Of a DNA stretch of 64,000 bases, positions 46,241 to 54,227 are shown piece by piece. Under the pieces are notes generated by a model, which did not search any database, was not told the origin of the DNA, and saw only the letters and a program-made list of their open reading frames with translations. Both the position numbers and the translations under genes were made by a program. Within the stretch, counting starts at the first letter, position 1. Each line of letters opens with the position of its first letter. The DNA comes from Nanobdellota archaeon (GTDB lineage: Archaea; Nanobdellota; Nanobdellia; Pacearchaeales; GW2011-AR1), in contig JAUWPB010000002.1 of the NCBI GenBank assembly GCA_030611805.1, forward strand, positions 7,690 to 71,689, in the 5' to 3' direction.

Positions 46241-47119
46241 ATGAAAACACAGACTAAACTTATAATTACAAGCATATTTATTTTTTTATTTAGTTTAAAC
46301 TTTATCTCAGCAGTTTCAATTACAGATGTTTCAAGTTCGCCTCAGGAAGTGGTTCCAGGGGAAATCGTGAATATTATTATTGAAATAGAAAATATTTTTG
46401 AGTATGATGTGCAAAACTTAAATGTTAAACTAGATTTATCTGGAGAAGATGTTCCTTTTGCACCTTATCAATCAAGCTCTGAAAAGTTCCTGGATGAATT
46501 AGATGATGGGGATGAAGAAGATTTTAAATTTAAGTTAATAGTTTTGCCTGAGACAAGTTCCGGGATTTACAAGATTCCTGTAGAGATTAGTTATGAAGAT
46601 GACGAGGAAGATACTTGTACAAAAAATGAACTAATCAGTGTGACAGTTAATTCAGAGCCAGAGCTAAAAGTCTCGTTGGTTGATTCAGAGGTTTTAATTA
46701 AGGGTAGTGAAAATGTTTTTTCAATTAAAATAATTAATTCTGGTTTGGCAGATGTTAAGTTTGTTTATTTGGGTGTGAGTGATTCTAAGGGAATTAAAAT
46801 TCTTTCTGAAAAAGAACAATATATTGGAGACATAGACAGCGATGATTTTGATAGTGTGGAATATAGAATATATATTAATGAAGATGCTTCAGGCACAATA
46901 AACCTGCCAGTGATTTTAAAATTCAGGGACGCGACAAACAAGGAATTTACAGAAAGTAAAAATCTTATATTAAAAACTTATTCGCTAAAACAAGCTCAGG
47001 ATTTAGGGCTTGTGAAAAAAACAAATTACACAATTTACATTATAATTGGAATTTTAGTTCTTGGTTATATTGGTTATAGAATTAGGAAGAAAAGAAAAAA
47101 GAATAGAGGGAGGATTTGA
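46241..47119 (+). CDS. secreted, C-terminally anchored S-layer-like/CARDB-type (COG1361-like) protein
   Basis: Signal-like N-terminus, repeated beta-rich segments ('PGEIVNIIIEIEN', 'FSIKIINSG'), and a C-terminal TM helix plus 'RKKRKKNRGR' tail. This class often accompanies archaeal MacB-type ABC systems. Confidence 0.5.
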   Translation: MKTQTKLIITSIFIFLFSLNFISAVSITDVSSSPQEVVPGEIVNIIIEIENIFEYDVQNLNVKLDLSGEDVPFAPYQSSSEKFLDELDDGDEEDFKFKLIVLPETSSGIYKIPVEISYEDDEEDTCTKNELISVTVNSEPELKVSLVDSEVLIKGSENVFSIKIINSGLADVKFVYLGVSDSKGIKILSEKEQYIGDIDSDDFDSVEYRIYINEDASGTINLPVILKFRDATNKEFTESKNLILKTYSLKQAQDLGLVKKTNYTIYIIIGILVLGYIGYRIRKKRKKNRGRI

Positions 47120-47454
47120 AGATGAGTGAAAAATGTAAACAAGGGATTGAATATGGTTGCCCTTATAAAACAGAATGCGGGAGTAATCACCCCCTAAATA
47201 TTAGTATAACAGACCCAAATAATCCACATTTAATCTATTCTCGTTCAAAAGATTGGTCAGACACCACTTTAACTTGGGTAGATAACGAAAGCCTTTATGC
47301 TTGCCACCCTGAAAATTTAATGAGGAAAAGAAATATAGAAATGATGTTTGGAGAAACTTTTTATGAAAAAGATGCCAAACAAATTAGAGAAAAAGTGATA
47401 GAAGAAGTGCAAGAAACAATTAATGGATTAAAAAAGAATAGAGGGGGAATTTGA
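47116..47454 (+). CDS. hypothetical protein
   Basis: ORF with a 4-nt start/stop overlap at each end (ATTTGA at 47114-47119, with a non-ATG TTG start at 47116, and ATTTGAAG around 47451) inside the ABC operon. Confidence 0.3.
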   Translation: MKMSEKCKQGIEYGCPYKTECGSNHPLNISITDPNNPHLIYSRSKDWSDTTLTWVDNESLYACHPENLMRKRNIEMMFGETFYEKDAKQIREKVIEEVQETINGLKKNRGGI

Positions 47455-47843
47455 AGGTGGTCCCCAGAAATATAATCAAAAGAAAAGAAAGAAATTATAG
47501 AAAAAAAAGAAAATTTAATCGTTTGAGCAGGGATGGTAAAAACAAACATTGGGCAAATCATACAGGAATATTTAGAGATGAAGAATTTAGAAAAGGTCCG
47601 AAATACTGGCATGGACAAAAACCAATAAGAAATTTTAATCCAATAAAAAATCATAAAGATTTGATGTGTGCATTAAACCTTATAAGTACTGGAGGAAAAA
47701 ATCATGATCATTATAGAAATATTAGTGGGTTGTATAGAGAAAGATTAAGGACCGCACAATCGCTTAGAGACAGGAACGCAAATGTGAATATTAACTATAT
47801 TGCAAAAGCAGGATATTTTGAATTAAATCGGATGGTAGCATAA
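47451..47843 (+). CDS. hypothetical, very basic protein
   Basis: ORF rich in Lys/Arg/His; no motif recognised. Confidence 0.3.
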   Translation: MKVVPRNIIKRKERNYRKKRKFNRLSRDGKNKHWANHTGIFRDEEFRKGPKYWHGQKPIRNFNPIKNHKDLMCALNLISTGGKNHDHYRNISGLYRERLRTAQSLRDRNANVNINYIAKAGYFELNRMVA

Positions 47844-47851
47844 TCTCAAAA

Positions 47852-49069
47852 ATGAAGGCTCATTTTTCTCTTGCATTTAACAATCTTAGAAGAAGAAAAC
47901 TTAGAAGCTGGCTGACTATGATTGGAATTTTTATTGGGATCGCAGCAGTTGTTGCCTTGATTTCTCTGGGTCAGGGTCTGCAAAATGCTATTAGTGAACA
48001 GTTTGAAACTCTTGGAGCAGACAAAATAACAATTATTGGAAAAGCAGGTTTTATTGTTTCTCCAATTGCATCTGAACTTTCATCAAAACCATTGACAGAA
48101 AAAGATGTTGAAATTATTGAAAAAATTCAGGGTGTTAAAATTGCTTCTGGGTTTTTAATAAAATCTCTGGAAGTAGAATTTAAAAAAGAAAAGAAAGACG
48201 TGCTTATTTCCGGGATAGAACCTGATGAATATCAAAAAATGTTTGAAGGAACTTATGAAATTTATAATGGAAAAGATTTAAAATCAAAAGACAAGAGCAA
48301 AATAATAATCGGATATAATACAGCAAATAAAGACTTTGAGAAAAAAATAATTATTGGAAATAAACTTGTAATTTCTGGAAAAGATTTCGAGGTTATTGGA
48401 ATTATGGAAAAAATCGGCTCTCCTCCTGATGACAGCTCAATAATTATAAATATAAATTCTTTAAGAGAATTAACAAATGAACCAGAAATTATCTCAATGA
48501 TTTTTGCCAAAGTTAAAATAGGTATTGAGGTGGAGGAAGTTGCAGAAAATATTGAAAAAGACTTAAAAAAATACAGAAATGAAAAATTAAAGGAACCCCC
48601 TAAAACTTTTTCTGTTTCAACATCTGAACAATTATTAGAAACATTTGGAAATATTTTAGGAGTTGTGCAGGCAGTTTTAGTCGGGATAGCCGCCATCTCT
48701 CTTTTAGTTGGAGGAATTGGGATAATGAACACAATGTATACTGCGGTTATAGAAAGAACAAAAGAGATTGGAACCATGAAAGCTGTTGGTGCAAAAAATT
48801 CAGATATTTTATTTATTTTCTTATTTGAGTCTGGTTTATTAGGATTAGTTGGAGGAGCCATTGGAATTGGGATAGGGATAGGATTAAGCAAGGGTGCAGA
48901 ATATCTTGCCACGATGGCTCTGGGGACGAATTTATTGCAAGCAGATACAGGTATGACTTTAATTGGAGGGGCCTTGATGTTTTCTTTTTTAATCGGTGCA
49001 GCTTCAGGAGTTTTGCCAGCAATGCAGGCAGCAAAGTTAAAACCTGCGGATGCACTGAGGTATGAATAA
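47852..49069 (+). CDS. ABC transporter permease, FtsX/MacB family
   Basis: 'LAFNNLRRRKLRSWLTMIGIFIGIAAVVA', a large extracytoplasmic loop, and a C-terminal FtsX 3-TM block 'GGIGIMNTM..ERTKEIGTMKAVGA'. Confidence 0.8.
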   Translation: MKAHFSLAFNNLRRRKLRSWLTMIGIFIGIAAVVALISLGQGLQNAISEQFETLGADKITIIGKAGFIVSPIASELSSKPLTEKDVEIIEKIQGVKIASGFLIKSLEVEFKKEKKDVLISGIEPDEYQKMFEGTYEIYNGKDLKSKDKSKIIIGYNTANKDFEKKIIIGNKLVISGKDFEVIGIMEKIGSPPDDSSIIININSLRELTNEPEIISMIFAKVKIGIEVEEVAENIEKDLKKYRNEKLKEPPKTFSVSTSEQLLETFGNILGVVQAVLVGIAAISLLVGGIGIMNTMYTAVIERTKEIGTMKAVGAKNSDILFIFLFESGLLGLVGGAIGIGIGIGLSKGAEYLATMALGTNLLQADTGMTLIGGALMFSFLIGAASGVLPAMQAAKLKPADALRYE

Positions 49070-49126
49070 AAAGTCCATACAAAAATTTATAAACTAATTT
49101 TATTTTTATTCATAGTTAAAAAGAAA

Positions 49127-49333
49127 ATGGTGAAAAAATGTATTTATTGCGGGACTGAAGTTTCTGACTCCAGTGTAATAGATTTTTGCGAGAAATGCGG
49201 GAAAGGTGTTTGGGGCGAAAAGATGTTTAATGCAATAGTTCAAAACATGGAACAGGCAAGGGAAAATGGAGACCTTTGTCATACCAGCCCGATTACAGAG
49301 ATGCCCATAGATTCAGAGGGGTTTAAGCAGTAA
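49127..49333 (+). CDS. small zinc-ribbon protein
   Basis: 'CIYCG..(13)..CEKCG' CxxC pairs. Confidence 0.4.
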   Translation: MVKKCIYCGTEVSDSSVIDFCEKCGKGVWGEKMFNAIVQNMEQARENGDLCHTSPITEMPIDSEGFKQ

Positions 49334-49417
49334 AAGATAGTTTTTTAAATAAAATATTTCTGGGTAAGTTATGAAGAAAATTGAAATTCGTTAATTCGTA
49401 TTTCAGGAAAAATTCAA

Positions 49418-49675
49418 ATGAAAAAAAAATCAATTAGAACCAAGGGAAAATTACAACTTAGCAGGTATTTCCAAGAGTTGAAAAAAGGCGACTATGTTGC
49501 AGTTGCAAGAGAATGTGCTGTGCAATCAAGCTTTCCTACAAGGCTTCAGGGAGGAACAGGAATTATAGAAGGCAAAAGAGGAAAAGCATATATTATTAAA
49601 TTAAAAGATAACAACAAAGAAAAGACCTTTTTAATTGAGCCAATACATTTAAAAAAAATAAAAGTCAAGCAATAA
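49418..49675 (+). CDS. rpl21e: 50S ribosomal protein L21e
   Basis: 'RTKGKL.LSRYFQELKKGDYVAV' and 'GGTGIIEGKRGKAYIIKL' match the L21e pattern. Canonical position upstream of rpoF. Confidence 0.8.
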   Translation: MKKKSIRTKGKLQLSRYFQELKKGDYVAVARECAVQSSFPTRLQGGTGIIEGKRGKAYIIKLKDNNKEKTFLIEPIHLKKIKVKQ

Positions 49676-49676
49676 G

Positions 49677-49982
49677 ATGATAAAAAATAATAAACTTTTA
49701 AGCATGAGTGAAGTTATTGAATACCTTAAGAAAACTGAAAATAGTGGAACAGACATAGCTAAATTTATAAAAAAATTTGCAAAATTAACCCCTAAAGAAG
49801 CTAAAGAATTAAGGAAGAAGATTGAAGAATTAGATTTAATGAAAGTGAGAGAAGAACACATAGTAAAAATAATTGATTTAATGCCGGAAAACCCAGAAGA
49901 TTTAAATAAGATTTTTGTTGGTGTTGGCTTAGATGAAAATGAAACAAAAAAAATACTTGAAACAATTAAAGAATTTAAATAA
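49677..49982 (+). CDS. rpoF: RNA polymerase subunit F (Rpb4-like)
   Basis: Size, helical composition, and the conserved archaeal gene order L21e-RpoF-DUF655. Confidence 0.55.
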   Translation: MIKNNKLLSMSEVIEYLKKTENSGTDIAKFIKKFAKLTPKEAKELRKKIEELDLMKVREEHIVKIIDLMPENPEDLNKIFVGVGLDENETKKILETIKEFK

Positions 49983-50134
49983 GAAAAATGAAAGCAAATA
50001 TAAAATTTTCATTCATCCAAATAAAAATAGGAAGGATTATCTAAATGAAAGTAAATCAACACTACTCAGTGTACCTCAGATATCTGGGGGCAAGATTTTC
50101 ATGCATCCAAAAAAAGTATCGGGGGTTATTTTGA

Positions 50135-50668
50135 ATGAAAGAAGAACATGCAATAATTTTAGAATATTTACCAAATGGGTATCCGTTAGAGGGAAAAATG
50201 ATGCCAATAGTTCAGGCTATAGGAGAAACAAACTTAACACTTTTGGAATTAGTTCCCAGGAAAGATACAACATTGGAAATGGGGGAGAAGGTTTATATTG
50301 GTGAGGGAAAAAGACCTAAAATATATTATATTCTTGGAAGACTTCATAGAGAAAAATTAACTGAGTCTGCTAAATCCCATTTACAGGAATTTATAAAAAA
50401 AATCGTTAAGGAAAGAGAGCCGAAATTTGTTGAATTTTTTAACAAAGCAGATGCAATAAATAAGAGAATTCACCAAATAGAATTAGTCCCCGGATTAGGT
50501 AAAAAACATATGAAAGAAATTTTAAGGCAAAGAAAAGAAAAAGAATTTGAATCTTTTGAAGACATGAAAAAAAGAATCCAAAATTTGCCAGACCCTGAAA
50601 AAGCAGTTGAAAAAAGAATAATCAAAGAATTAACAACTATTGAAAGATATAATTTATTTGTGCGTTAA
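50135..50668 (+). CDS. DUF655-family protein (OB + helix-hairpin-helix, putative RNA/DNA-binding)
   Basis: 'EEHAIILEYLPNGYP' N-terminus and 'LVPGLGKKHMKEIL' HhH, as in archaeal DUF655 proteins. Conserved neighbour of rpoF. Confidence 0.6.
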   Translation: MKEEHAIILEYLPNGYPLEGKMMPIVQAIGETNLTLLELVPRKDTTLEMGEKVYIGEGKRPKIYYILGRLHREKLTESAKSHLQEFIKKIVKEREPKFVEFFNKADAINKRIHQIELVPGLGKKHMKEILRQRKEKEFESFEDMKKRIQNLPDPEKAVEKRIIKELTTIERYNLFVR

Positions 50669-50669
50669 A

Positions 50670-51137
50670 ATGGAAACAAACTTAGATCAAAAATATGAAG
50701 AACGAGTGGTCAGAATCCTCTCGAAAGACATAGAGGGCGGTATGAAAATTTATCCAGGATTGACAAAAGTAAAAGGAATTTCATGGAGCATGTCCAATGC
50801 TCTTTGTAAAATATTAAAAATTGACAAAAACCGGAAAATTGGTTCTTTGACAAATCAAGAAATAGAAAAATTATCTGAATTCATGAAAAACCCAAAAATT
50901 CCAAAACACATGAGTAATCGAAAAAGCGACTTTGAAACAGGGGAAGACAAACATTTAATTGGAAGTGATTTAGAATTCAAAAAAGAGTTTGATATTAAAC
51001 GATTGAAAAAAATTAAAAGTTATAGGGGTTTTAGGCACATGGCAGGCCTTCCTACAAGAGGACAAAGAACAAAAAGTAATTTTAGAAAAAATAAAGCCAA
51101 AGGTGCTGGAATTAAAAAGAAAGGAAAGAAAAAATAA
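50670..51137 (+). CDS. rps13: 30S ribosomal protein S13 (uS13)
   Basis: 'VRILSKDIEG', 'LTKVKGIS', 'YRGFRHMAGLPTRGQRTK'. ATG at 50670; the track start is TTG. Confidence 0.85.
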   Translation: METNLDQKYEERVVRILSKDIEGGMKIYPGLTKVKGISWSMSNALCKILKIDKNRKIGSLTNQEIEKLSEFMKNPKIPKHMSNRKSDFETGEDKHLIGSDLEFKKEFDIKRLKKIKSYRGFRHMAGLPTRGQRTKSNFRKNKAKGAGIKKKGKKK

Positions 51138-51151
51138 GGGAATTTATTCAA

Positions 51152-51655
51152 ATGAAACGAAAACATAAAACATATTCAAAACCAAAAAGGCCTTTTGATA
51201 AAGCCAGGCTTGACGAAGAAGCAGGGATAAAAAAAGAGTTTGGGCTGAAAAATAAAAAGGAAATCTGGAAAGCAGAAGCCAGAATTAAGTCAATAAGGGA
51301 GAAGGCAAAGAAGCTGATTTCTTCAAGTGCAGAAGAACAGCAGGCGTTGTTTGATAGATTGAAAAAAATAGGTTTGGAAGTTAATTCAATTTCCGATGTT
51401 TTATCGTTGGACAAGAAAGATTATCTAAAAAGAAAACTTCAGACAATTGTTGTCAGTCAAAAAATTGCCACAACCCAAAAAAGTGCAAGGCAATTAATTG
51501 TTCATAAAAAGATTTTGGTTGATGGGAAAGTTGTTAATGCCCCTTCATATATTGTTCCTATAAAATTAGAAAATAAAATTTCATTAAAAAAGAAAAGAGA
51601 GAAGAAAATTAAATTAAAAGAAGGACCTAAATCAGAGGAAAATAAAAATGAGTGA
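51152..51655 (+). CDS. rps4: 30S ribosomal protein S4 (uS4)
   Basis: 'KTYSKPKRPFDKARLDEE..KEFGLKNKKEIW' and a C-terminal S4 domain 'ARQLIVHKKILVDGKVVNAPSYIV'. Confidence 0.85.
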   Translation: MKRKHKTYSKPKRPFDKARLDEEAGIKKEFGLKNKKEIWKAEARIKSIREKAKKLISSSAEEQQALFDRLKKIGLEVNSISDVLSLDKKDYLKRKLQTIVVSQKIATTQKSARQLIVHKKILVDGKVVNAPSYIVPIKLENKISLKKKREKKIKLKEGPKSEENKNE

Positions 51656-52085
51656 AGAAAAAACTAGAGAAATTCAGGGAGAGAAGGTAAAAAAACCAAA
51701 AGAAGATAAAAAATCTTATGAAGCAGTGGTTAATATTTATACATCTTTTAATAACACAATTGTTCATATTACAGACATGTCTGGAAAAACTATAACCAAA
51801 GTTACTGGAGGAATGGTTACAAAACACAGCAGACTTAAAGCCAACCCAACAATAGCAATGTTCATCGCAAAAAGGGTCTCGGAAAACATAAAAGATTTAG
51901 GAATTAAATCGTTATATTTTAGGATAAGGGCAAAAACAAGGAATCCTGCACCAGGACCTGGAGCAAATGCAATAATAAAAAGTTTGTCAAGAGAGGGTTT
52001 TAAAATATTAAATATTCTTGACACTACAAGGATCCCACGAGGAGGGCCAAAAAAGAAAGGCGGAAGACGTGGGAGAAGACCATAA
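51648..52085 (+). CDS. rps11: 30S ribosomal protein S11 (uS11)
   Basis: 'VNIYTSFNNTIVHITD' and 'GPGANAIIKSL..GFKI..I.DTTRIPRGG'. Confidence 0.9.
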   Translation: MSEEKTREIQGEKVKKPKEDKKSYEAVVNIYTSFNNTIVHITDMSGKTITKVTGGMVTKHSRLKANPTIAMFIAKRVSENIKDLGIKSLYFRIRAKTRNPAPGPGANAIIKSLSREGFKILNILDTTRIPRGGPKKKGGRRGRRP

Positions 52086-52115
52086 GTTTAAAAGTAAAGA
52101 AAATTAAAAAATAAA

Positions 52116-52361
52116 ATGACAGAAGGAATAAAAAAAATGAGAATAGGATTGAAATTATTAATAGAGGGCATAATAGAAGATAATTTAGAGTTAAAAGAAG
52201 ACAAGGACATACCTCAAGTAAGAGGTGTTATTGAAATGCGAAATAATGAGGTAAAGGAGTACTTTAGAATCGCTGAGGAAAAATATCTAATCCCCGAAGA
52301 AGAATTATTACCTCTTAAATTTAAATATGCTTCAATGAAAGCAAATTTAGGATTAAAATGA
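52116..52361 (+). CDS. hypothetical 81-aa protein inserted between rps11 and rpoD
   Basis: ORF with an ATGA overlap onto the rpoD start. No motif recognised. Confidence 0.3.
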   Translation: MTEGIKKMRIGLKLLIEGIIEDNLELKEDKDIPQVRGVIEMRNNEVKEYFRIAEEKYLIPEEELLPLKFKYASMKANLGLK

Positions 52362-53077
52362 AAATAATAAATAAAAAAAATAACCAAATTACATTTACAG
52401 CAGAAATAGAAGAAAGTCTGGCAAATGCAGTAAGAAGGTGTGTGAATCAGGTTCCGGTACTTGCTATTGACGAGGTGGAAATTTTAAAAAATGACTCTCC
52501 CTTATACGATGAAACAATTTCTCACAGAATGGGGTTAATTCCTTTAACAATGGATAAACCAGTAAATGAAAAAACAGTTGCTAAATTAAAATTAAGTACA
52601 AAAAAAGAAGGGATGGTTTGTTCTGAGCTATTGGTTGGAGATGTAAAAGTTGTTTATGATAAAATCCCTATAACTTCTCTAAAAAAAGGACAAGAATTAG
52701 AAATTGTTGCGACTGCAAAGGTTGGCAAGGGAATTGAACATGCAAGGTTCTCCCCTGGATTAATGTTTTATAGAAATATTATTGAGCTAAAAATAGACAA
52801 AGATTGCTCAAAAGAAGTTGTTGATGTTTGTCCTCAAAAAATTTTAAAAACAGAAAATGGAAAGATAATTGTTGAAGATAATTATAAATGTGATATGTGT
52901 GAAGCTTGCGTAGACTTATGTGAAAAACAAGGGAAAGATTCAATAAAACTTATTCCAACAAAAGAATTGACAATTACTTTAGAATCTTTTGGGCAGTTAA
53001 GTGTCGAAGAAATCTTCAAAAAGTCTATTGAGGTTTTGAAAAAAGATCTTAAAGAAGTTTCAAAAAAAATTAAGTAA
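52358..53077 (+). CDS. rpoD: DNA-directed RNA polymerase subunit D (Rpb3-like) with Cys-rich insert
   Basis: 'ANAVRRCVNQVPVLAIDEVEI..NDS.LYDE.ISHRMGLIPL' and 'CPQKIL..CDMCEACVDLC'. Confidence 0.85.
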   Translation: MKIINKKNNQITFTAEIEESLANAVRRCVNQVPVLAIDEVEILKNDSPLYDETISHRMGLIPLTMDKPVNEKTVAKLKLSTKKEGMVCSELLVGDVKVVYDKIPITSLKKGQELEIVATAKVGKGIEHARFSPGLMFYRNIIELKIDKDCSKEVVDVCPQKILKTENGKIIVEDNYKCDMCEACVDLCEKQGKDSIKLIPTKELTITLESFGQLSVEEIFKKSIEVLKKDLKEVSKKIK

Positions 53078-53092
53078 TTCTGAATTCTAAAG

Positions 53093-53103
53093 ATTTTTAT
53101 ATC
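53093..53103 (+). promoter_or_regulatory. TATA-like box upstream of tRNA-Leu(CAA)
   Basis: ATTTTTATATC is centred about 27 nt upstream of the tRNA 5' end. Confidence 0.45.
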
Positions 53104-53124
53104 TAAAATTTGTCCTAACTTTAA

Positions 53125-53208
53125 GCGGATGTGCCGGAGTGGTCAAACGGGACAGACTCAAAATCTGTTAGCTTAGTGCTTACGTGGGTTCGAATCCTTC
53201 CATCCGCA
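53125..53208 (+). tRNA. tRNA-Leu (anticodon CAA), type II
   Basis: GCGGATG-TG-CCG..CGG-G-ACAGA-CTCAAAA-TCTGT-variable arm-GTGGG-TTCGAAT-CCTTC-CATCCGC-A. One T:T mismatch in the T stem. Confidence 0.85.
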
Positions 53209-53286
53209 TCTGTATTTTTGATTCTCACCCTACGGGTTTCCCACAAGGGGATGACCTCTACGAGGCCGCGAATCCTTCCATCCGCA
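53209..53286 (+). repeat. tRNA-Leu 3' trailer element B (GC-rich core + copy of tRNA 3' end)
   Basis: TCTGTATTTT-TGATTCTCACCCTACGGGTTTCCCACAAGGGGATGACCTCTACGAGGCC-GCGAATCCTTCCATCCGCA. The last 18 nt repeat this tRNA's own 3' end. Confidence 0.85.
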
Positions 53287-53295
53287 TTTTTTCTT

Positions 53296-53311
53296 TAAAA
53301 AGTTTTATAAA
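53296..53311 (+). promoter_or_regulatory. promoter (TATA box) of the L18e-L13-S9 operon: TAAAAAGTTTTATAAA
   Basis: Identical 16-mer to the 5S promoter. It lies about 80 nt upstream of the ATG, implying a ~50-nt leader. Confidence 0.55.
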
Positions 53312-53388
53312 CCCATATCTTTTCAAATTTATACCTGCGAGTGAATCGCGTTAGCGGGAAGATAATACTTCTCGTTTAACAATAAAAA

Positions 53389-53778
53389 ATGAAAACAAAA
53401 TCTTTAATTGAAAAACAGGCACAAAGAAAGAATAATTCAAAGTTAGTCAAGACTATAATTGCTGCCAAGAAAAATAAAAATTGGTTTAAGATAGCTGAAA
53501 TTCTTTCGAGTCCAAGGAGAAAAAGGATTGATATGAATCTTGAAGATATAGATAAAAAAACAAAGGAAGAAAAAATTGTTTTAATTCCCGGCAAAGTTCT
53601 TTCACAAGGAGAAATAAATAAAAAGATAAAAGTTGTTGCTTTGAGTTTTTCTGAAAAAGCAAAAGAAAAATTATTAAAGGCTAATTGTCAAATTTCAAAC
53701 ATAGACGAAGAAATTAAAAAAAATCCTGAAGCCAAAGGAATAAAAATTTTAAAAAATTTAACATTGGAGACTTACTAA
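53389..53778 (+). CDS. rpl18e: 50S ribosomal protein L18e
   Basis: 'W..IAEILS.PRRKR', 'VLIPGKVLSQGEI', 'VVALSFSEKAKEKL'. Confidence 0.8.
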   Translation: MKTKSLIEKQAQRKNNSKLVKTIIAAKKNKNWFKIAEILSSPRRKRIDMNLEDIDKKTKEEKIVLIPGKVLSQGEINKKIKVVALSFSEKAKEKLLKANCQISNIDEEIKKNPEAKGIKILKNLTLETY

Positions 53779-53779
53779 A

Positions 53780-54175
53780 ATGACAAAAATCATCGACGGA
53801 AAAAACGCTGTTTTGGGACGATTGGCTAGTTATGCTGCTAAAGAATCTTTGAAAGGAGAAGAAATCGTTATTTTAAATTGTGAACAAATAATAATCACAG
53901 GTAATAAAAAAAATATTGAAAAAGAATTTCAGGAAAAAAGAAGCAGATTTGGAAGCAGTCAAAAAGGTCCAAAACATCCTAAAACAAGTGAAAAAATAGT
54001 GAAGAGGGTTATTAGAGGTATGTTACCAGACCATAGAAAAGGACGAGGAAAGATTGCCTTCAGGAAAATAAAATGTTATGTTGGGATTCCAAAAGAATTT
54101 CAAGATGTTAAAAAAATTATTGCCGGAAAAGAGAAAACATGTAAATTTTCTCAGGTAAAGGAGTTTGTAAAGTAA
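53780..54175 (+). CDS. rpl13: 50S ribosomal protein L13 (uL13)
   Basis: 'IIDGKNAVLGRLAS.AAK', 'IVILNCEQIIITG', 'RVIRGMLP'. Confidence 0.85.
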   Translation: MTKIIDGKNAVLGRLASYAAKESLKGEEIVILNCEQIIITGNKKNIEKEFQEKRSRFGSSQKGPKHPKTSEKIVKRVIRGMLPDHRKGRGKIAFRKIKCYVGIPKEFQDVKKIIAGKEKTCKFSQVKEFVK

Positions 54176-54227
54176 AATGGCAAGAAAAGACATCCCCTTG
54201 GGATCACCCTTGAAGGGCGTAAATAAA

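Noticed and set aside
49933-50304. 123-aa ORF spanning the rpoF end, the spacer and the DUF655 start.
   Set aside because: It overlaps two well-supported genes in other frames. Its only notable feature ('KIFIHPNK'/'KIFMHPKK') reflects the duplicated spacer units, not a protein family.
42291-53124. Hypothesis that the inverted tRNA-Leu/element copies mediated an 11-kb inversion, explaining the displaced rpoN.
   Set aside because: The present order S13-S4-S11-RpoD-tRNA-L18e-L13-S9 is already the canonical one. Inverting the segment would break it and would not place rpoN after rps9.
54177-54227. N-terminal 17-codon extension of S9 given by the ORF track.
   Set aside because: Conserved S9 sequence begins at the second Met (54228). 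The extension coincides with a GC-rich double hairpin and has no r-protein-like sequence.
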